A DNA stretch of 64,000 bases from Alphaproteobacteria bacterium (GCA_026400755.1 JAPLOM010000011.1:135501-199500), one strand, 5' to 3'. Positions 49,197 to 60,202 are shown, numbered from the stretch's first letter. Translations and numbers: made by a program. Notes: generated by a model not told the origin, from the sequence alone.

Positions 49197-49836
49197 CGGC
49201 GATCCTCCTAGTCGATGACGACGGCCCGTTCCGCCACACGCTCGCCGAGCAACTGCGCGACGAACAAGGCTTCGAGACGCAGGAAGCGGAGAATGCATCG
49301 GCGGCTCTGGCGGCGATCGACGGCGGGCATTTCGATCTCATCCTGCTCGACGTCGGCCTGCCGGACATGGACGGGCGGGATCTTTGCCGCGCCGTGCGCG
49401 CCAAGGGAATCGCCACGCCGGTCATCATGCTGACCGCGGCCGACGAGGATCTGGACGCGATCCGCGGCCTCGATTCGGGCGCCAACGACTATGTCGCCAA
49501 GCCGGTGCGGATGGGGCTTCTGTTGGCCCGCATCCGCGCGCAGCTTCGCGTCCATGCCGAAAGCGAGCGCGCCGAATACGTCATCGGGCCTTACCTGTTC
49601 CGTCCGGCGTCCAAGCATCTCCTGCACCAGGAGGCGAAGAAGAAGGTGCGCCTGACCGACAAGGAGGTCGGCATCCTGCGCCACCTCCAGCGCGCGGGCG
49701 GAAAATCTGTGGCGCGGGAAACGCTTCTGGCCAGCTGGAAACGCACATCTACCGCCTGCGGCAGAAGATCGAATCCGATCCCGGCAAGAGCGCGATCCTG
49801 GTGACCGACGAGGGCGGTTACCGCTTGGTGCCGTAG
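49196..49836 (+). pseudogene. OmpR-family response regulator, disrupted in the winged-helix domain
   Basis: The REC domain (MTAILLVDDD...DLILLDVGLPDMDG...) is intact in one frame up to ...VARETLLASW. The recognition helix and wing (LETHIYRLRQKIESDPGKSAILVTDEGGYRLVP) continue in another frame from about 49735. The loop normally between them (VWG....RT) is missing. Confidence 0.6.
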
Positions 49837-51044
49837 CCGGCGGGCACGCCGAGCGCGCGCAACTGGAACGCCAGTGGCACGGAGAACAGGAGTGCCGCCG
49901 CCGTCATGGCGGCGCAGACCGGCGCCGCGACGTCCCAGCTTCCCACTAGGTCGAGCGCCGTCGCCAGCACCAATGGCCCGCCCAGCACGCCTAGGTTGCG
50001 TCCCGTCATCAAGATGCCGAACGCATGGGGACGCAGAGCCGGCTGATGCGCGATCCGCGTCGGCATGGCGAACAGACATGTGGGCGTGACGCCGGCGCCG
50101 CTGCCCCACAGGACCAGCAGAAGGCCGCCCAGAACCGGGCTGGTCACATACGGCAGCACGAGCCACACGGCGACCTGCAACGCGAGCGTGACGATCAGCA
50201 GCGTCATGATCGAAATGCCCGCCCGCATGATGAAGCCGGTCATGAACACGAAGATCAGCAGCGTGACCACGGGCACGAGATAGCCGAGCACGGCGTCGTC
50301 TGGCGTGAGGCCGTGGACCTCGACCAGATATTCGGGCAGCCAGGTCATGAAGGCGAAATACTGCATGCCCCAGGCCGTGAAGGTGAGGGAAGCCAGGATC
50401 ATGGCGATGAGCTGGCCCCGGCTCAGCCGTTGCGGACCCTCCGACGCCGCCGTGCGTGCGATGGGCCGCTCGCCGAGCCTGCGGTTGCGCGAGAGGCTGG
50501 AGGTCCAGATCAGAAGCCCGGCAGTGAAGGCGATGCCGCCCCACCACAAGGGTTGCCACAACCCGGCCTGGAGCGAGACATGGGCCATGAGGCCAGCGAT
50601 GATTTGGCCGTTGGGAATCCACGCGGCCGCCAGGGCGACGGCCAGCGGCAAGTGCCGTTCGCTGGCGCTGGCCGTGGCGTGAATCGGCCCAACGAGCGCC
50701 AGGATCGCGAAGGCGGCACCCTCCAAGCCCCGGCCCGCCAGCATGATGCCGCCGCTTTGCGGTGCGGCCAGCCCCAGTGCGTTGCCCGCCAGCATCAACG
50801 CGAAGCCAAACAGAAGCACGGGCGCCATGCCGCGCCGCGCCAGCGCGCGTCCAGCCCAGATCGAAAAGAAGAAGCCGATCACCGCGTAGATCGACATGAA
50901 GCCGCCCGCCACGACGCGGTCGTAGTGGTATTGGTCAAGCATCAGGGGTAGAACGGGCGGCAGCTTGAACTGCTGATAGGCGGCCAAGGTGCCAAGCAGC
51001 GTCCCGAAGGCCACCCCCGTCCAGTCGGTTTTACGAAGGGTCAT
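49818..51044 (-). CDS. MFS transporter
   Basis: 408 aa with about 12 predicted TM helices. It converges on the response regulator with a 19-bp overlap. Confidence 0.8.
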   Translation of the reverse strand: MTLRKTDWTGVAFGTLLGTLAAYQQFKLPPVLPLMLDQYHYDRVVAGGFMSIYAVIGFFFSIWAGRALARRGMAPVLLFGFALMLAGNALGLAAPQSGGIMLAGRGLEGAAFAILALVGPIHATASASERHLPLAVALAAAWIPNGQIIAGLMAHVSLQAGLWQPLWWGGIAFTAGLLIWTSSLSRNRRLGERPIARTAASEGPQRLSRGQLIAMILASLTFTAWGMQYFAFMTWLPEYLVEVHGLTPDDAVLGYLVPVVTLLIFVFMTGFIMRAGISIMTLLIVTLALQVAVWLVLPYVTSPVLGGLLLVLWGSGAGVTPTCLFAMPTRIAHQPALRPHAFGILMTGRNLGVLGGPLVLATALDLVGSWDVAAPVCAAMTAAALLFSVPLAFQLRALGVPAGYGTKR

Positions 51045-51174
51045 GGACGCCTGGACCTTGACCCAGGGCGCTTATGCTTGCAATGCCGTTCAGTATTACC
51101 GGTGCGGAACACCTGTGACGGCCATCACTTTCTCCTTCGCCCGCAACCGCCATAAGGTTATTTAGGGGCCACGC

Positions 51175-52035
51175 GTGTTGGGCGCCCAGGAGGGCGATGT
51201 GACCACGGCAGCGGATTTCAGCGTGAAGTTTTGGGGTGTGCGGGGAACTGTCTCCACGCCGGTGGCCAGCCATCTGCGCTATGGCGGCAATACGACGTGC
51301 CTCGAGGTCCGCTGCGGCGAGCGGCTTCTCATCCTCGACGGCGGCACCGGCATCCGTTCGCTCGGCAACGAGTTGGCCGCCAAGGGCGGCGTGGTCGATG
51401 CAGATATCTTCTTCACCCACACGCATGTCGACCATATCGCGGGCCTGCCGTTCTTCCGGCCCATGTACGATCCGAAAAGCCAGTTGCGGCTGTGGGCTGG
51501 TCATCTGGCGCCGGAATTGAGCCTCAACGACATTCTGTGCCGCATGATGTCGGCGCCGCTATTCCCGGTTCCGTTCGAGATCTTGGCCGCGGCGAACACC
51601 ACGATCGATTTTCGCGCGGGCGAAAGCTTCGAACCTTCACCCGGCGTTCGCCTGCGCACCGCGCCGCTCAACCACCCGAATCGGGCCACCGGCTACCGCA
51701 TCGAATTCGGCGGCAAGTCGATCTGCTTCGTCACCGACACGGAACACGTTCCGGGAAAACCGGATCGCACCATCCTCGACCTCATCGCCGGAACCGACAT
51801 CTTCATCTACGACTGCACGTATACGGATGAGGAATATAAAGGCCGTGTCGGCTGGGGGCACTCGACCTGGCAGGAGGGCATCCGGTTGGCCGATATGGCG
51901 CATGCCAAGACGCTGGTCATTTTCCACCACGACCCCGATCACGACGATGCTTTCATGGACCGCGTGGCGTCGGATGCCGACAAGGCGAGGCCCGGCACGC
52001 TCGTGGCGCGCGAAGGCCTGGTCTTGCACCCCTGA
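51175..52035 (+). CDS. MBL-fold metallo-hydrolase
   Basis: HTHVDH metal-binding motif; 286 aa. Confidence 0.75.
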   Translation: MLGAQEGDVTTAADFSVKFWGVRGTVSTPVASHLRYGGNTTCLEVRCGERLLILDGGTGIRSLGNELAAKGGVVDADIFFTHTHVDHIAGLPFFRPMYDPKSQLRLWAGHLAPELSLNDILCRMMSAPLFPVPFEILAAANTTIDFRAGESFEPSPGVRLRTAPLNHPNRATGYRIEFGGKSICFVTDTEHVPGKPDRTILDLIAGTDIFIYDCTYTDEEYKGRVGWGHSTWQEGIRLADMAHAKTLVIFHHDPDHDDAFMDRVASDADKARPGTLVAREGLVLHP

Positions 52036-52040
52036 CACGC

Positions 52041-52889
52041 ATGGCGGGGGGGCATTGGCGCGGCCCGGTGCGGCGGGCGGCTCTCGGCTTGGCGACGGCG
52101 CTGGGGCTTCGCCCGCGCGGATTCTTTGTACCCTATCGCCACGCGGACGCCGTGGCCCCATCGTCCTATCCGGCCATCGCAAAACTATTCGCGGCCTGGG
52201 AGGCGGATTTCGCGGCCATTCTCGACCGGATCGACGGCTTCGAACGGGAATTGCAGGCAATCTCCGCCGATGCGCCCGCACCCGCGCCGCGCTGGAACCA
52301 GGATTGGTTTCCCCGGCTCGATGCAGCGGCGGCCTACGCGATCGTGCGCACGCGGCGGCCGCGCCTGATCGTCGAGGTCGGCAGCGGCCACTCCACCCGC
52401 TTTCTGCTGCGCGCCGCCGAGGACGGGGGTCTCGACACGCGCATCGTCGCGATCGATCCGTCACCCCGTGCACCGTTCGCGTCCGCGCGTATCGAGCACG
52501 TCGCGAGTCCGCTGGAGCGCGCGGATCCTGGAATCTTCGAGCGGCTGGACGCGGGCGACATTCTCTTCATCGATTCCAGCCATGTTCTGATGCCCGGCAC
52601 CGACGTGGATATCCTGCTGAACCACGTGCTGCCTGGCTTGCCGTCCGGCGTCGCCGTGCATATCCACGACATTTTCCTGCCCGATCCCTATCCGGAAAGC
52701 TGGCGCTGGCGCGGCTATAACGAGCAGACGGCGCTGGCCGCGTTCATGCCTGGTGGCGGCTATGTTCCGATCTTTTCAAGCCGGTATGCCACGACGCGCA
52801 TGGACGCGCGTCTCTCGCGCGGCGCGGCCGCGCGGCTGCCCTTGCCGCAAGGCGCCTACGAAACGAGTCTCTGGCTCGAAAAGCGCTGA
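52041..52889 (+). CDS. class I SAM-dependent methyltransferase (Methyltransf_24 / TylF-like)
   Basis: SAM site VEVGSGHST. It lies 5 bp after the MBL gene and converges on the yej operon. Confidence 0.65.
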   Translation: MAGGHWRGPVRRAALGLATALGLRPRGFFVPYRHADAVAPSSYPAIAKLFAAWEADFAAILDRIDGFERELQAISADAPAPAPRWNQDWFPRLDAAAAYAIVRTRRPRLIVEVGSGHSTRFLLRAAEDGGLDTRIVAIDPSPRAPFASARIEHVASPLERADPGIFERLDAGDILFIDSSHVLMPGTDVDILLNHVLPGLPSGVAVHIHDIFLPDPYPESWRWRGYNEQTALAAFMPGGGYVPIFSSRYATTRMDARLSRGAAARLPLPQGAYETSLWLEKR

Positions 52890-52894
52890 CGCGT

Positions 52895-54064
52895 CTATTT
52901 GTAAGGATCGGCCGCGTCGCGCAGCCCGTCGCCCAGGAAGTTGAAGGCCAGGACCACGACGATGACGGGAACCACCGGCAGCATCAGCCAGGGGTAGAGC
53001 GCGACCACGTTGATGTTCTGCGCTTCGTTCAGGAGAACGCCCCAGCTTGTGATGGGTGGCCGCAAGCCAAGACCCAGGAACGACAGGGCCGTTTCGCCCA
53101 GGATCATGCTCGGGATGGAAAGCGTGGCCGAGGCGATCAAGTGGCTCATGAAGCTGGGCATCAGATGCCGTCCGATGATGCGCTTCGGCGATGCGCCCAT
53201 CAGTTGGGCGGCGGTGCAGAAATCTTCTTCGCGCAAGGCCAATAGCTTCGAGCGGACTGCGCGGGCCAAGCCGGTCCAATCGAGCAGGCCGAGGATCATC
53301 GTGATGCCGAAATAGATGACCAGCGGGCTCCACGTCACGGGTAATGCCGCCGATAAGGCCATCCATAGAGGCAGATGCGGGAACGAGCGGAACACCTCGA
53401 TGATGCGCTGGGTGATGTTGTCGATCCAGCCGCCGTAATAGCCGGCCAGGCCGCCGATGACGATGCCGAGCGTAAAGCTGACCGTGATGCCGATCAGGCC
53501 GATCGTCAGCGAGATGCGCGCGCCATAGAGGATGCGCGACAGCATGTCTCGGCCCAACCGGTCCGTGCCCAGAACGAAGAGTTGTCCGCCCTTGGGGGGG
53601 CAGACCAAGTGAAACCGGCCTGGAATCATGCCCCAGAATTCGTAGGCGTCGCCCATGCAGAAGAAGCGTAGCGGCAGGACCTTCGAGCGGTCGTCGGCGT
53701 ACTCCCATTTGAGGACGTCCATGTTCAAATTCGTCTTGAGGCCATACACAAAGGGGCCGACGAACGAGCCGTCATGGAACAGGTGCACGGCCTGGGGCGG
53801 CACGAACAGGTAGTCGGTGTGGCGCGTGTGCTGGTTGTAGGGCGCCAGGACTTCGCTCACCAGAATGGAGGCGTAGAAGATCAGCAGGATGATGCCGGAA
53901 ATGACGGCGATGCGGTGGCGTTTGAACTTCCACCACATCAACTTCCACTGGGACGCCAGGTAATAGCGTTCCTGCTCGGGTGTCAGGATGTCGACCCCAT
54001 AGGGGTCGAACGCGCCCTTGGCGACGTAGTGACGGGCCTCGTCGGGCATCGGGCGGTCCGTCAT
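52895..54064 (-). CDS. yejE: ABC transporter permease (YejE-like, oligopeptide/microcin-C type)
   Basis: An internal ATG (MTDRPMPDEARHYV...) and a BPD-transporter EAA loop in ...AAQLMGASPKRIIGRHLMP.... It overlaps the yejB stop. Confidence 0.8.
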   Translation of the reverse strand: MTDRPMPDEARHYVAKGAFDPYGVDILTPEQERYYLASQWKLMWWKFKRHRIAVISGIILLIFYASILVSEVLAPYNQHTRHTDYLFVPPQAVHLFHDGSFVGPFVYGLKTNLNMDVLKWEYADDRSKVLPLRFFCMGDAYEFWGMIPGRFHLVCPPKGGQLFVLGTDRLGRDMLSRILYGARISLTIGLIGITVSFTLGIVIGGLAGYYGGWIDNITQRIIEVFRSFPHLPLWMALSAALPVTWSPLVIYFGITMILGLLDWTGLARAVRSKLLALREEDFCTAAQLMGASPKRIIGRHLMPSFMSHLIASATLSIPSMILGETALSFLGLGLRPPITSWGVLLNEAQNINVVALYPWLMLPVVPVIVVVLAFNFLGDGLRDAADPYK

Positions 54065-55059
54065 TTCACCGCGCTCCCCTCGAGCCGGATGCGGGGGTCG
54101 AGCACGGCAAGAAGAAGGTCGGAAACCAAAACGCCGAGCACGGTCAACAGCGCCATGAACATCAGGAACGAGCCGGCCAGGTACATGTCCTGGCTGCGCA
54201 GCGCATCGAGCAGCATGGGCCCCGTGGTCGGCAGTGACAGAACGACCGACACGATGGCTGCGCCCGAGATGATTTCGGGCAGCAGACTTCCGATATCCGC
54301 GATGAAGGGATTGAGTGACATCCGCAGCGGGTATTTGACCAGAAGCTTGAAGGGCGGCAGGCCCTTGGCGCGGCCGGTGACCACGTATTGCTTCTGCAAT
54401 TCGTCCAGAAGGTTTGCCCGCAGGCGGCGGATCATGCCCGCGGTGCCGGACGTGCCGATCACGATCACTGGGATCCAAAGATGGGCCAGGATCGACATCA
54501 TCTTTTCCATCGTCCAGGGCTGATCGATGAAGCGTTCGTCCATCAATCCGCCGATCGAGGTGCCGAACCAGACATTGGCCAGATAGAGAAGGACGAGGGC
54601 CAATAGGAAGTTCGGTGTCGCCAGGCCGAGGAATCCGATGAAGGTCAGCGAATGGTCCGCCGCGCTGTACTGGTGCGTCGCGGAATAGACGCCGATCGGG
54701 AAGGCCACGATCCAGGTGAAGATGATGGTCGCGAAGGAGACCAGGGCGGTCAGCCACAGCCGGTCGCCGACCACGGCGTTGACGGGCAGGTTGAACTCGA
54801 AGGAATAGCCCAAATCGCCCTGCAGCAGGCCGAAGACCCACTTCGCGTACTGCACCATAAATGGCTGGTCCAGCCCGTACTGCTCGCGCAGGAACGCCAC
54901 CTTGTCGAAATCGACCCCTTCGCCGCGCGCCTGCAGCTCCGCCACATAGCTTTCCAGATAGTCGCCGGGCGGAAGCTGGATGATGACGAAGACGATGAAG
55001 CTGATCGCCAGCAGCGTCGGGATCATGACCAGGAAGCGGTGGACGATATAGCGCAGCAT
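54061..55059 (-). CDS. yejB: ABC transporter permease (YejB-like)
   Basis: MLRYIVHRFLVMIPTLLAISFIVFVIIQL... ; 332 aa. Confidence 0.85.
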   Translation of the reverse strand: MLRYIVHRFLVMIPTLLAISFIVFVIIQLPPGDYLESYVAELQARGEGVDFDKVAFLREQYGLDQPFMVQYAKWVFGLLQGDLGYSFEFNLPVNAVVGDRLWLTALVSFATIIFTWIVAFPIGVYSATHQYSAADHSLTFIGFLGLATPNFLLALVLLYLANVWFGTSIGGLMDERFIDQPWTMEKMMSILAHLWIPVIVIGTSGTAGMIRRLRANLLDELQKQYVVTGRAKGLPPFKLLVKYPLRMSLNPFIADIGSLLPEIISGAAIVSVVLSLPTTGPMLLDALRSQDMYLAGSFLMFMALLTVLGVLVSDLLLAVLDPRIRLEGSAVK

Positions 55060-55066
55060 CGGGAAC

Positions 55067-57001
55067 CTATTTCATGGCCTGCGTGCGAATCGGTTTCGAT
55101 TCGCCGAGCCAGAACGTGTCGGGCTTGTAGATGCCGAAATGGGCGCCGGGCTCCCACGCGAAGACACCCTTCACGGGCACGTTACGCAGCCGGTTGGTTG
55201 CGACGACCGGCTGAAGCGCGCCCGCGACCACGCCAATGGTGAAAACCTCGTTCGCATGGATTTGGAGCATTTGGGTCCAGGCATCCAGCTTCTCGGCCTC
55301 GTTCGAGGCTGTCCGCCATTGCTGGTTGAGCTCCAGAAGGCGCTTCGCGGATTCCATGTCCGGCGCCTCGCCAGCCTTGCTGCGCGTCTCGAAATACTGG
55401 CCCCACTTCGGCCATTGGAGCTGTTGCTGGTTGGTGGGAGCCAGTTCCTCCGGGCTCAAATCCTGGGTCGGCAGGCCGTTATCGAGGCCGGTCCAGACCG
55501 ACATCATCGTGTCGCCGGAGAAGACGCGGTTACGGAACACTTCGCGCTGCGACGTCTTGATCAGAAGCCGGATGCCGGCCTTCTGCCAGGTGTCGCGGAC
55601 CAGCTCCAGGATGTCGGCCTGCTCCGAACTTTCGCCGGCGGTTTCCACCACCAGCTCGAGCGGCCGGCCATCGGGCATCAGGCGCACGCCGCGCGCGTTG
55701 CGCTTGGTCATTCCCAATTCGTCGAGCAGCGCGTTGGCCCGGTCCAGGTCGAAACCGCTCCAGGCCTTCTGGTATTCCGGCTTGTAGAGCGGACTTTCCG
55801 GCAGGACCGTATTCGCCGATTCGATGGCCAGGCCGTAGTAAATGACTTGGTTCACTTCATGCCGGTCGATCGCGAGCGAAAGCGCATGTCGAAAGCGCGC
55901 GTCGCGGAACAGGGCGCGCCAGCCGGGATCGTTGACGTTGAGGTTGGGATACAGCGTGAACTGCGAACCGACCGCCGTGCGCCACAGCAGCACGCTCTGG
56001 TCGACACGCTTCTCGCTTTCCTTAAGGAACGTGTAGTTGTCGAAGCGGATATAGCGCGCTTGCAGGTCCGATTCGCCCGCGCCCGTCTTCGCCGGAATGA
56101 TCTTTCCATCCGCGACATTCATGATCACTTCGTCGATATAGGGCAGTTGCCGTCCCTGCGGATCGACGCGGTGATAGTACGGATTGCGCGTGAACACGAA
56201 TCGCTGCGACGGCGGCGTGGTCTTGAGGATCCAGGGGTCCAGCGTGGGCAGCTCCGGATTGTCGTTGCGGTATTGGTTGTCCTGCCGGTTGTGCAGCGCG
56301 GCCCAGTTCTGAAGCCCTTGTTCCTTGGCACGGCGCGCCAGGAGCGAGGGGTCGGAATAGACGGCGTGGAACTGCCTCAGATATTTGTCAGGACGATAGA
56401 TATAGAGCGGCGTCGTGCCGGCCAGCGCGGGCAGGAAGAACGGATTGGGCTTCGGCCAGGAATAGCGGACGGTGGTTTCGTTGATGACCTGGAACTTCGG
56501 CAACTCGCCGTCCGCCAGTAATTGGCTCGGAGGTCCAAACGGCGACAGCTCCTTGTTGAGTGCCACGTCTTCCCAGTAATAGCGAAAGTCCTCGGCTGTG
56601 AACGGCTCGCCGTCCGACCATTTATGGCCCTTGCGCAGGTGAAGCGTGAAGATGCGCCCGTCCTGCACCTCGTAGGATTCCAGAAGGTCCGGCTCCAGCG
56701 TGTATTCGGGCGTCCAGACGACCAGGCGTGTATAGCCGTAGACGACCATCTGGCGCGTGTCCTTCGACGACGCCATCAGCATGCGCAAGGCACCGCCATA
56801 GGTGCCGGGCTGTGCGCCGCCCTCGAACGTCACCACGCGCGGGGTTTCCGGCAGCCGTTTGGCAACCGGCGGCAGCTTGCCTTCCTTGACCAGCTTGGAG
56901 AGCGACGGAACTTCCTCGGGGGGCGGCAGCTTGGTTTGCGCGCCGGCCGGGATGGCGGTCAGCAGGGCGAGCGCGAAGCCGAGGAACGCCAGACGCTTCA
57001 C
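55067..57001 (-). CDS. yejA: ABC transporter substrate-binding protein, family 5 (YejA-like)
   Basis: A probable GTG start ([21 protein letters not shown], signal peptide) overlaps the yejF stop. Roughly 644 aa, the large SBP5 type. Confidence 0.8.
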   Translation of the reverse strand: MKRLAFLGFALALLTAIPAGAQTKLPPPEEVPSLSKLVKEGKLPPVAKRLPETPRVVTFEGGAQPGTYGGALRMLMASSKDTRQMVVYGYTRLVVWTPEYTLEPDLLESYEVQDGRIFTLHLRKGHKWSDGEPFTAEDFRYYWEDVALNKELSPFGPPSQLLADGELPKFQVINETTVRYSWPKPNPFFLPALAGTTPLYIYRPDKYLRQFHAVYSDPSLLARRAKEQGLQNWAALHNRQDNQYRNDNPELPTLDPWILKTTPPSQRFVFTRNPYYHRVDPQGRQLPYIDEVIMNVADGKIIPAKTGAGESDLQARYIRFDNYTFLKESEKRVDQSVLLWRTAVGSQFTLYPNLNVNDPGWRALFRDARFRHALSLAIDRHEVNQVIYYGLAIESANTVLPESPLYKPEYQKAWSGFDLDRANALLDELGMTKRNARGVRLMPDGRPLELVVETAGESSEQADILELVRDTWQKAGIRLLIKTSQREVFRNRVFSGDTMMSVWTGLDNGLPTQDLSPEELAPTNQQQLQWPKWGQYFETRSKAGEAPDMESAKRLLELNQQWRTASNEAEKLDAWTQMLQIHANEVFTIGVVAGALQPVVATNRLRNVPVKGVFAWEPGAHFGIYKPDTFWLGESKPIRTQAMK

Positions 57002-58881
57002 GAAGCCAGCTCCCGCACGTCGGCGCGCGCATCCGCGCGGACGCAGTGCCCGCCACCCAAATCGATCAGCGCGGGCTGCGCCTGATCGTCGATCGTGAAC
57101 GGCCGCGGCCAAGCCGAGGGGTCGGACGCGCGGCCTTCCATCAGGAGCGAAAGGTCGAGGCGCCGGTTGAGGTCGGGATAGGGCACGGCGGCGACCAAGG
57201 CCTTCGTGTACGGATGCACCGGATTGCTGAACAGCAGCTCGCGCGGCGCTAATTCGACCAGGCGGCCCTTGCACATCACGGCGATGCGCGCCGCCACGTA
57301 GTCCACCACGGCCAGATTGTGGGAGATGAACAGATAGGTCAGGCCCAACTCGGACTGAAGGTCCTTCAAGAGATTGAGGATCTGCGCCTGGATCGAGACG
57401 TCGAGCGCCGAGACCGGTTCATCGCAGATAACAATGTCGGGACGCAGCGCCAGCGCGCGTGCGATGCCGATGCGCTGGCGCTGTCCGCCGGAAAAGCTGT
57501 GCGGATAGCGGTTCAGATGCCGGACGTCGAGGCCGACCAGGCGCAGCAGTTCCTTCACCATCTCGGCGCGATAGGCCGAATCGCCGACTTTATGGATGAC
57601 CAGCGGCTCGCTGATGATGTCGAACACCGTCATGCGCGGATTAAGCGAGCTGAACGGGTCCTGGAAAATGAGCTGCAACTTCTTGCGAAAATCGATCAGT
57701 TCGCGGCCTTCGAGCGCCAGCACGTCGACCGGCTTCTTGCCGTCGTGGTACGTGACCGTGCCCGTGTCGGGCTTCAGCGCGCGCATGATGATCTTGGACA
57801 GGGTCGTCTTGCCGCAGCCACTTTCGCCGACCAGGCCCAGGCATTCGCCGCGCGCGATGTCGAAGCTGACATCGTCCACCGCCAGGATGCGGCTGATGGC
57901 TTGACCGCCGGTCAGGCCGCCGCGGATCTGAAAGCTTTTGCAGATATGGCCGACCTTGAGGATGGGCTCGGGGCTGGTCGCGGGCGGCGCCTCCTTCTTC
58001 TTCAGAAGGTGGCCCATCTCGCCCTTGATCTCGCGCAACGGCACCAGGCGTTCGTCGCGCTTCATGTCGAAATGCGGAACGGCGCGGAACAGGCCTTTCA
58101 GATACGGGTGACGCGGGTCGCGGAACAGCTCCTTGGCCGAGCCGGATTCCATCACCTCGCCGCGGAACATCACGACCACGTCCTCGGCCACGTTGGCCAC
58201 CACGCCCAGGTCGTGGGTGATGATCAGGACAGCCATGCCCAGCTCGCGCTGCAGGTCGCCCAAGAGCTTCAGGATTTGCGCCTGGATGGTGACGTCGAGC
58301 GCCGTCGTAGGCTCGTCGGCGATCAGCAGTCCGGGACGGCAGATCAACGCCATGGCGATCATGGCGCGCTGGCGCAGCCCGCCGGACAACTCGAAGGCAT
58401 AGTTGCGATAGGCGCGCTCGGGATCGGGAAAGCCGACCAGTCGCAGCATTTCGATGGTCAGGTCCTTGCCCGTGGCCTTGTCCACGTCGCGGTGAAGATG
58501 GAGCGCCTCGCTGACCTGATCGCCCACGGTGTGGAGCGGCGACAGCGAGGTCATCGGCTCCTGGAAGATGATCGAGATACGTCCGCCGCGAATCCGCCGC
58601 ATGGGCTGACCGTCGGGGTCGAGCCCGGCGATGTCGACGACGGCGCCGTTGGCGGCGGGGTCCGAGAACAGAATGCGCCCGCCGGCAACCCGTCCCACCT
58701 TGGGCAGGATACCCATGATGGCTTGGGCGATGACGGACTTGCCCGAACCCGATTCGCCCACCAGGGCCAAGGTCGAGCCCTGCTTGATGTTGAACGACAC
58801 ACCCTTCACGGCGTTGATCACGCCGCCATGGACGTGGAAATCGATCTTCAAGTCTTCGACGCGCAGAAGATCCTCGGTCAC
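56998..58881 (-). CDS. yejF: ABC transporter ATPase with two fused ABC domains (YejF-like)
   Basis: Two Walker A motifs ([16 protein letters not shown]) and two ABC signatures ([16 protein letters not shown]). A probable GTG start at about 58881 overlaps the upstream gene's stop. Confidence 0.85.
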   Translation of the reverse strand: MTEDLLRVEDLKIDFHVHGGVINAVKGVSFNIKQGSTLALVGESGSGKSVIAQAIMGILPKVGRVAGGRILFSDPAANGAVVDIAGLDPDGQPMRRIRGGRISIIFQEPMTSLSPLHTVGDQVSEALHLHRDVDKATGKDLTIEMLRLVGFPDPERAYRNYAFELSGGLRQRAMIAMALICRPGLLIADEPTTALDVTIQAQILKLLGDLQRELGMAVLIITHDLGVVANVAEDVVVMFRGEVMESGSAKELFRDPRHPYLKGLFRAVPHFDMKRDERLVPLREIKGEMGHLLKKKEAPPATSPEPILKVGHICKSFQIRGGLTGGQAISRILAVDDVSFDIARGECLGLVGESGCGKTTLSKIIMRALKPDTGTVTYHDGKKPVDVLALEGRELIDFRKKLQLIFQDPFSSLNPRMTVFDIISEPLVIHKVGDSAYRAEMVKELLRLVGLDVRHLNRYPHSFSGGQRQRIGIARALALRPDIVICDEPVSALDVSIQAQILNLLKDLQSELGLTYLFISHNLAVVDYVAARIAVMCKGRLVELAPRELLFSNPVHPYTKALVAAVPYPDLNRRLDLSLLMEGRASDPSAWPRPFTIDDQAQPALIDLGGGHCVRADARADVRELAS

Positions 58882-59402
58882 GCGGCGTCTCCGGCGGGGA
58901 TGTGGATGCCCAGACCGGACAGATTGGCTTTCGTGCTGTCGGAGAGCGCCACGTTGTTGGCGCGCGCGGCCTCGGCCGCGCGAACGACGATGTCCTTGAA
59001 CCCGTCCAGGGTCGAATCGAGCCGTAGGCTTCGGTGGCCGTCCCCCAGGCTCAATTCCATCCACCCCTCCGACCGGTCGCGCTTGAGCGAGAAAAACCGC
59101 AAGCCGACCTTGCGAATATCGCGCCACGCGATCGTCCGTGGCGCGAGCCCGGGCAAGCTCCCCTTGCGTCCGCCCAGAGGGTCGGAGCTTAGCCCGTGTT
59201 CCGTGACATGAACCAGCATCATGCCGCGCAGAATCGTGCGCAGGCCGAAGGCCAGGAACAAAAGAGCCAGCACGCCCAGAATGACCAAGGCCACAGTGCT
59301 GTCGCCCAACAGCAGCATCGGACCCGCGGTCAGGAGCAGGCCCATGGCCGCACGGCGCAGATCGGCGCGCACGCTGTGTTTGTCGTAACGATGGACGTTC
59401 AT
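58878..59402 (-). CDS. hypothetical membrane protein (two N-terminal TM helices plus a soluble domain), coupled into the yej operon
   Basis: An internal ATG (MNVHRYDKHSVRADLRRAAMGLLLTAGPMLLLG...VALVILGVLALLFLAFGL). About 174 aa. It has a 4-bp overlap with the deacetylase gene upstream and with yejF downstream. Confidence 0.45.
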   Translation of the reverse strand: MNVHRYDKHSVRADLRRAAMGLLLTAGPMLLLGDSTVALVILGVLALLFLAFGLRTILRGMMLVHVTEHGLSSDPLGGRKGSLPGLAPRTIAWRDIRKVGLRFFSLKRDRSEGWMELSLGDGHRSLRLDSTLDGFKDIVVRAAEAARANNVALSDSTKANLSGLGIHIPAGDAA

Positions 59403-60202
59403 GCGCTCTTTTCCGTCGGTCGCGCGCGCCGGGGCGTCACCGGGCGGGGGCGGAACAAATCCGCCGGCCGGCGCCAGCGGGCCGCGCTGTGGGCTTCGAT
59501 CAGTGCGACAAGCCGCTCGAGAAACGCCCAGCAAGCACCGTCATGGACCAGATGGTGGCTCAAAATGCCCGTCGGCTCGTCCGCGTCGATCTGTCTGGCT
59601 CGGCGACGCGCCAAGAAATCCACCGCGCGGCCCAGCACGGCATTTTCGCCCAGAAAGCCGCGGCTGCCGTGCCAATCGACGATGTCCACGTGGGTGTTCA
59701 CCTGGGCCAGGTTGGGAATGGGCTCCGGCCGGCTGCGCGCGCCATAGGTAGACAGGCCACGATAGCCGATTTCCGGCAGCAGAGGAACAAGGCCGGGCGC
59801 GAGGCGATTCCAAGGCGGCACCAGGACGGGCAGGGCGCGCGGGCCGAAGACGGCTTCCAAACGTGCCCAGCCGGTGGCCAGATCGCCCAGCGTGTGGACC
59901 AAGGGCCGCTGGGGTCCCAGTTCGATCTTGGCGTCGGATGGATTGGCGTAGTTCTGGTGCGAATAGCCGTGCTGAAGAACGGCTATATTCCCATACTTAT
60001 CAATAGTTTGAACGAGAGCATCGAGCAGCTTGGCGGGCACCACGGCCAAGCCGATAGGGGCGCCCCGGGCGGTCGCCGCCAGCCGGTCGAGGGCAGGCGA
60101 GGGCTGATGGGCGTCGTCGTCGCGCCACCAGAAATCGGCCGTCTTTCCAGCCTGACCCCAAAGATCGAGTTCGCGCGTCAGCGCGTCCCAAGCGTTGGTC
60201 AT
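59399..60202 (-). CDS. polysaccharide deacetylase (CE4 / NodB-homology) family protein
   Basis: FWWRDDDA resembles the CE4 TFDDG metal-binding motif. 267 aa. Confidence 0.6.
   Translation of the reverse strand: MTNAWDALTRELDLWGQAGKTADFWWRDDDAHQPSPALDRLAATARGAPIGLAVVPAKLLDALVQTIDKYGNIAVLQHGYSHQNYANPSDAKIELGPQRPLVHTLGDLATGWARLEAVFGPRALPVLVPPWNRLAPGLVPLLPEIGYRGLSTYGARSRPEPIPNLAQVNTHVDIVDWHGSRGFLGENAVLGRAVDFLARRRARQIDADEPTGILSHHLVHDGACWAFLERLVALIEAHSAARWRRPADLFRPRPVTPRRARPTEKSA

Noticed and set aside
52776-53708. A 310-aa ORF overlapping yejE in another frame.
   Set aside because: It lies entirely within the well-supported yejE permease reading frame and its composition is GC-artefact-like.
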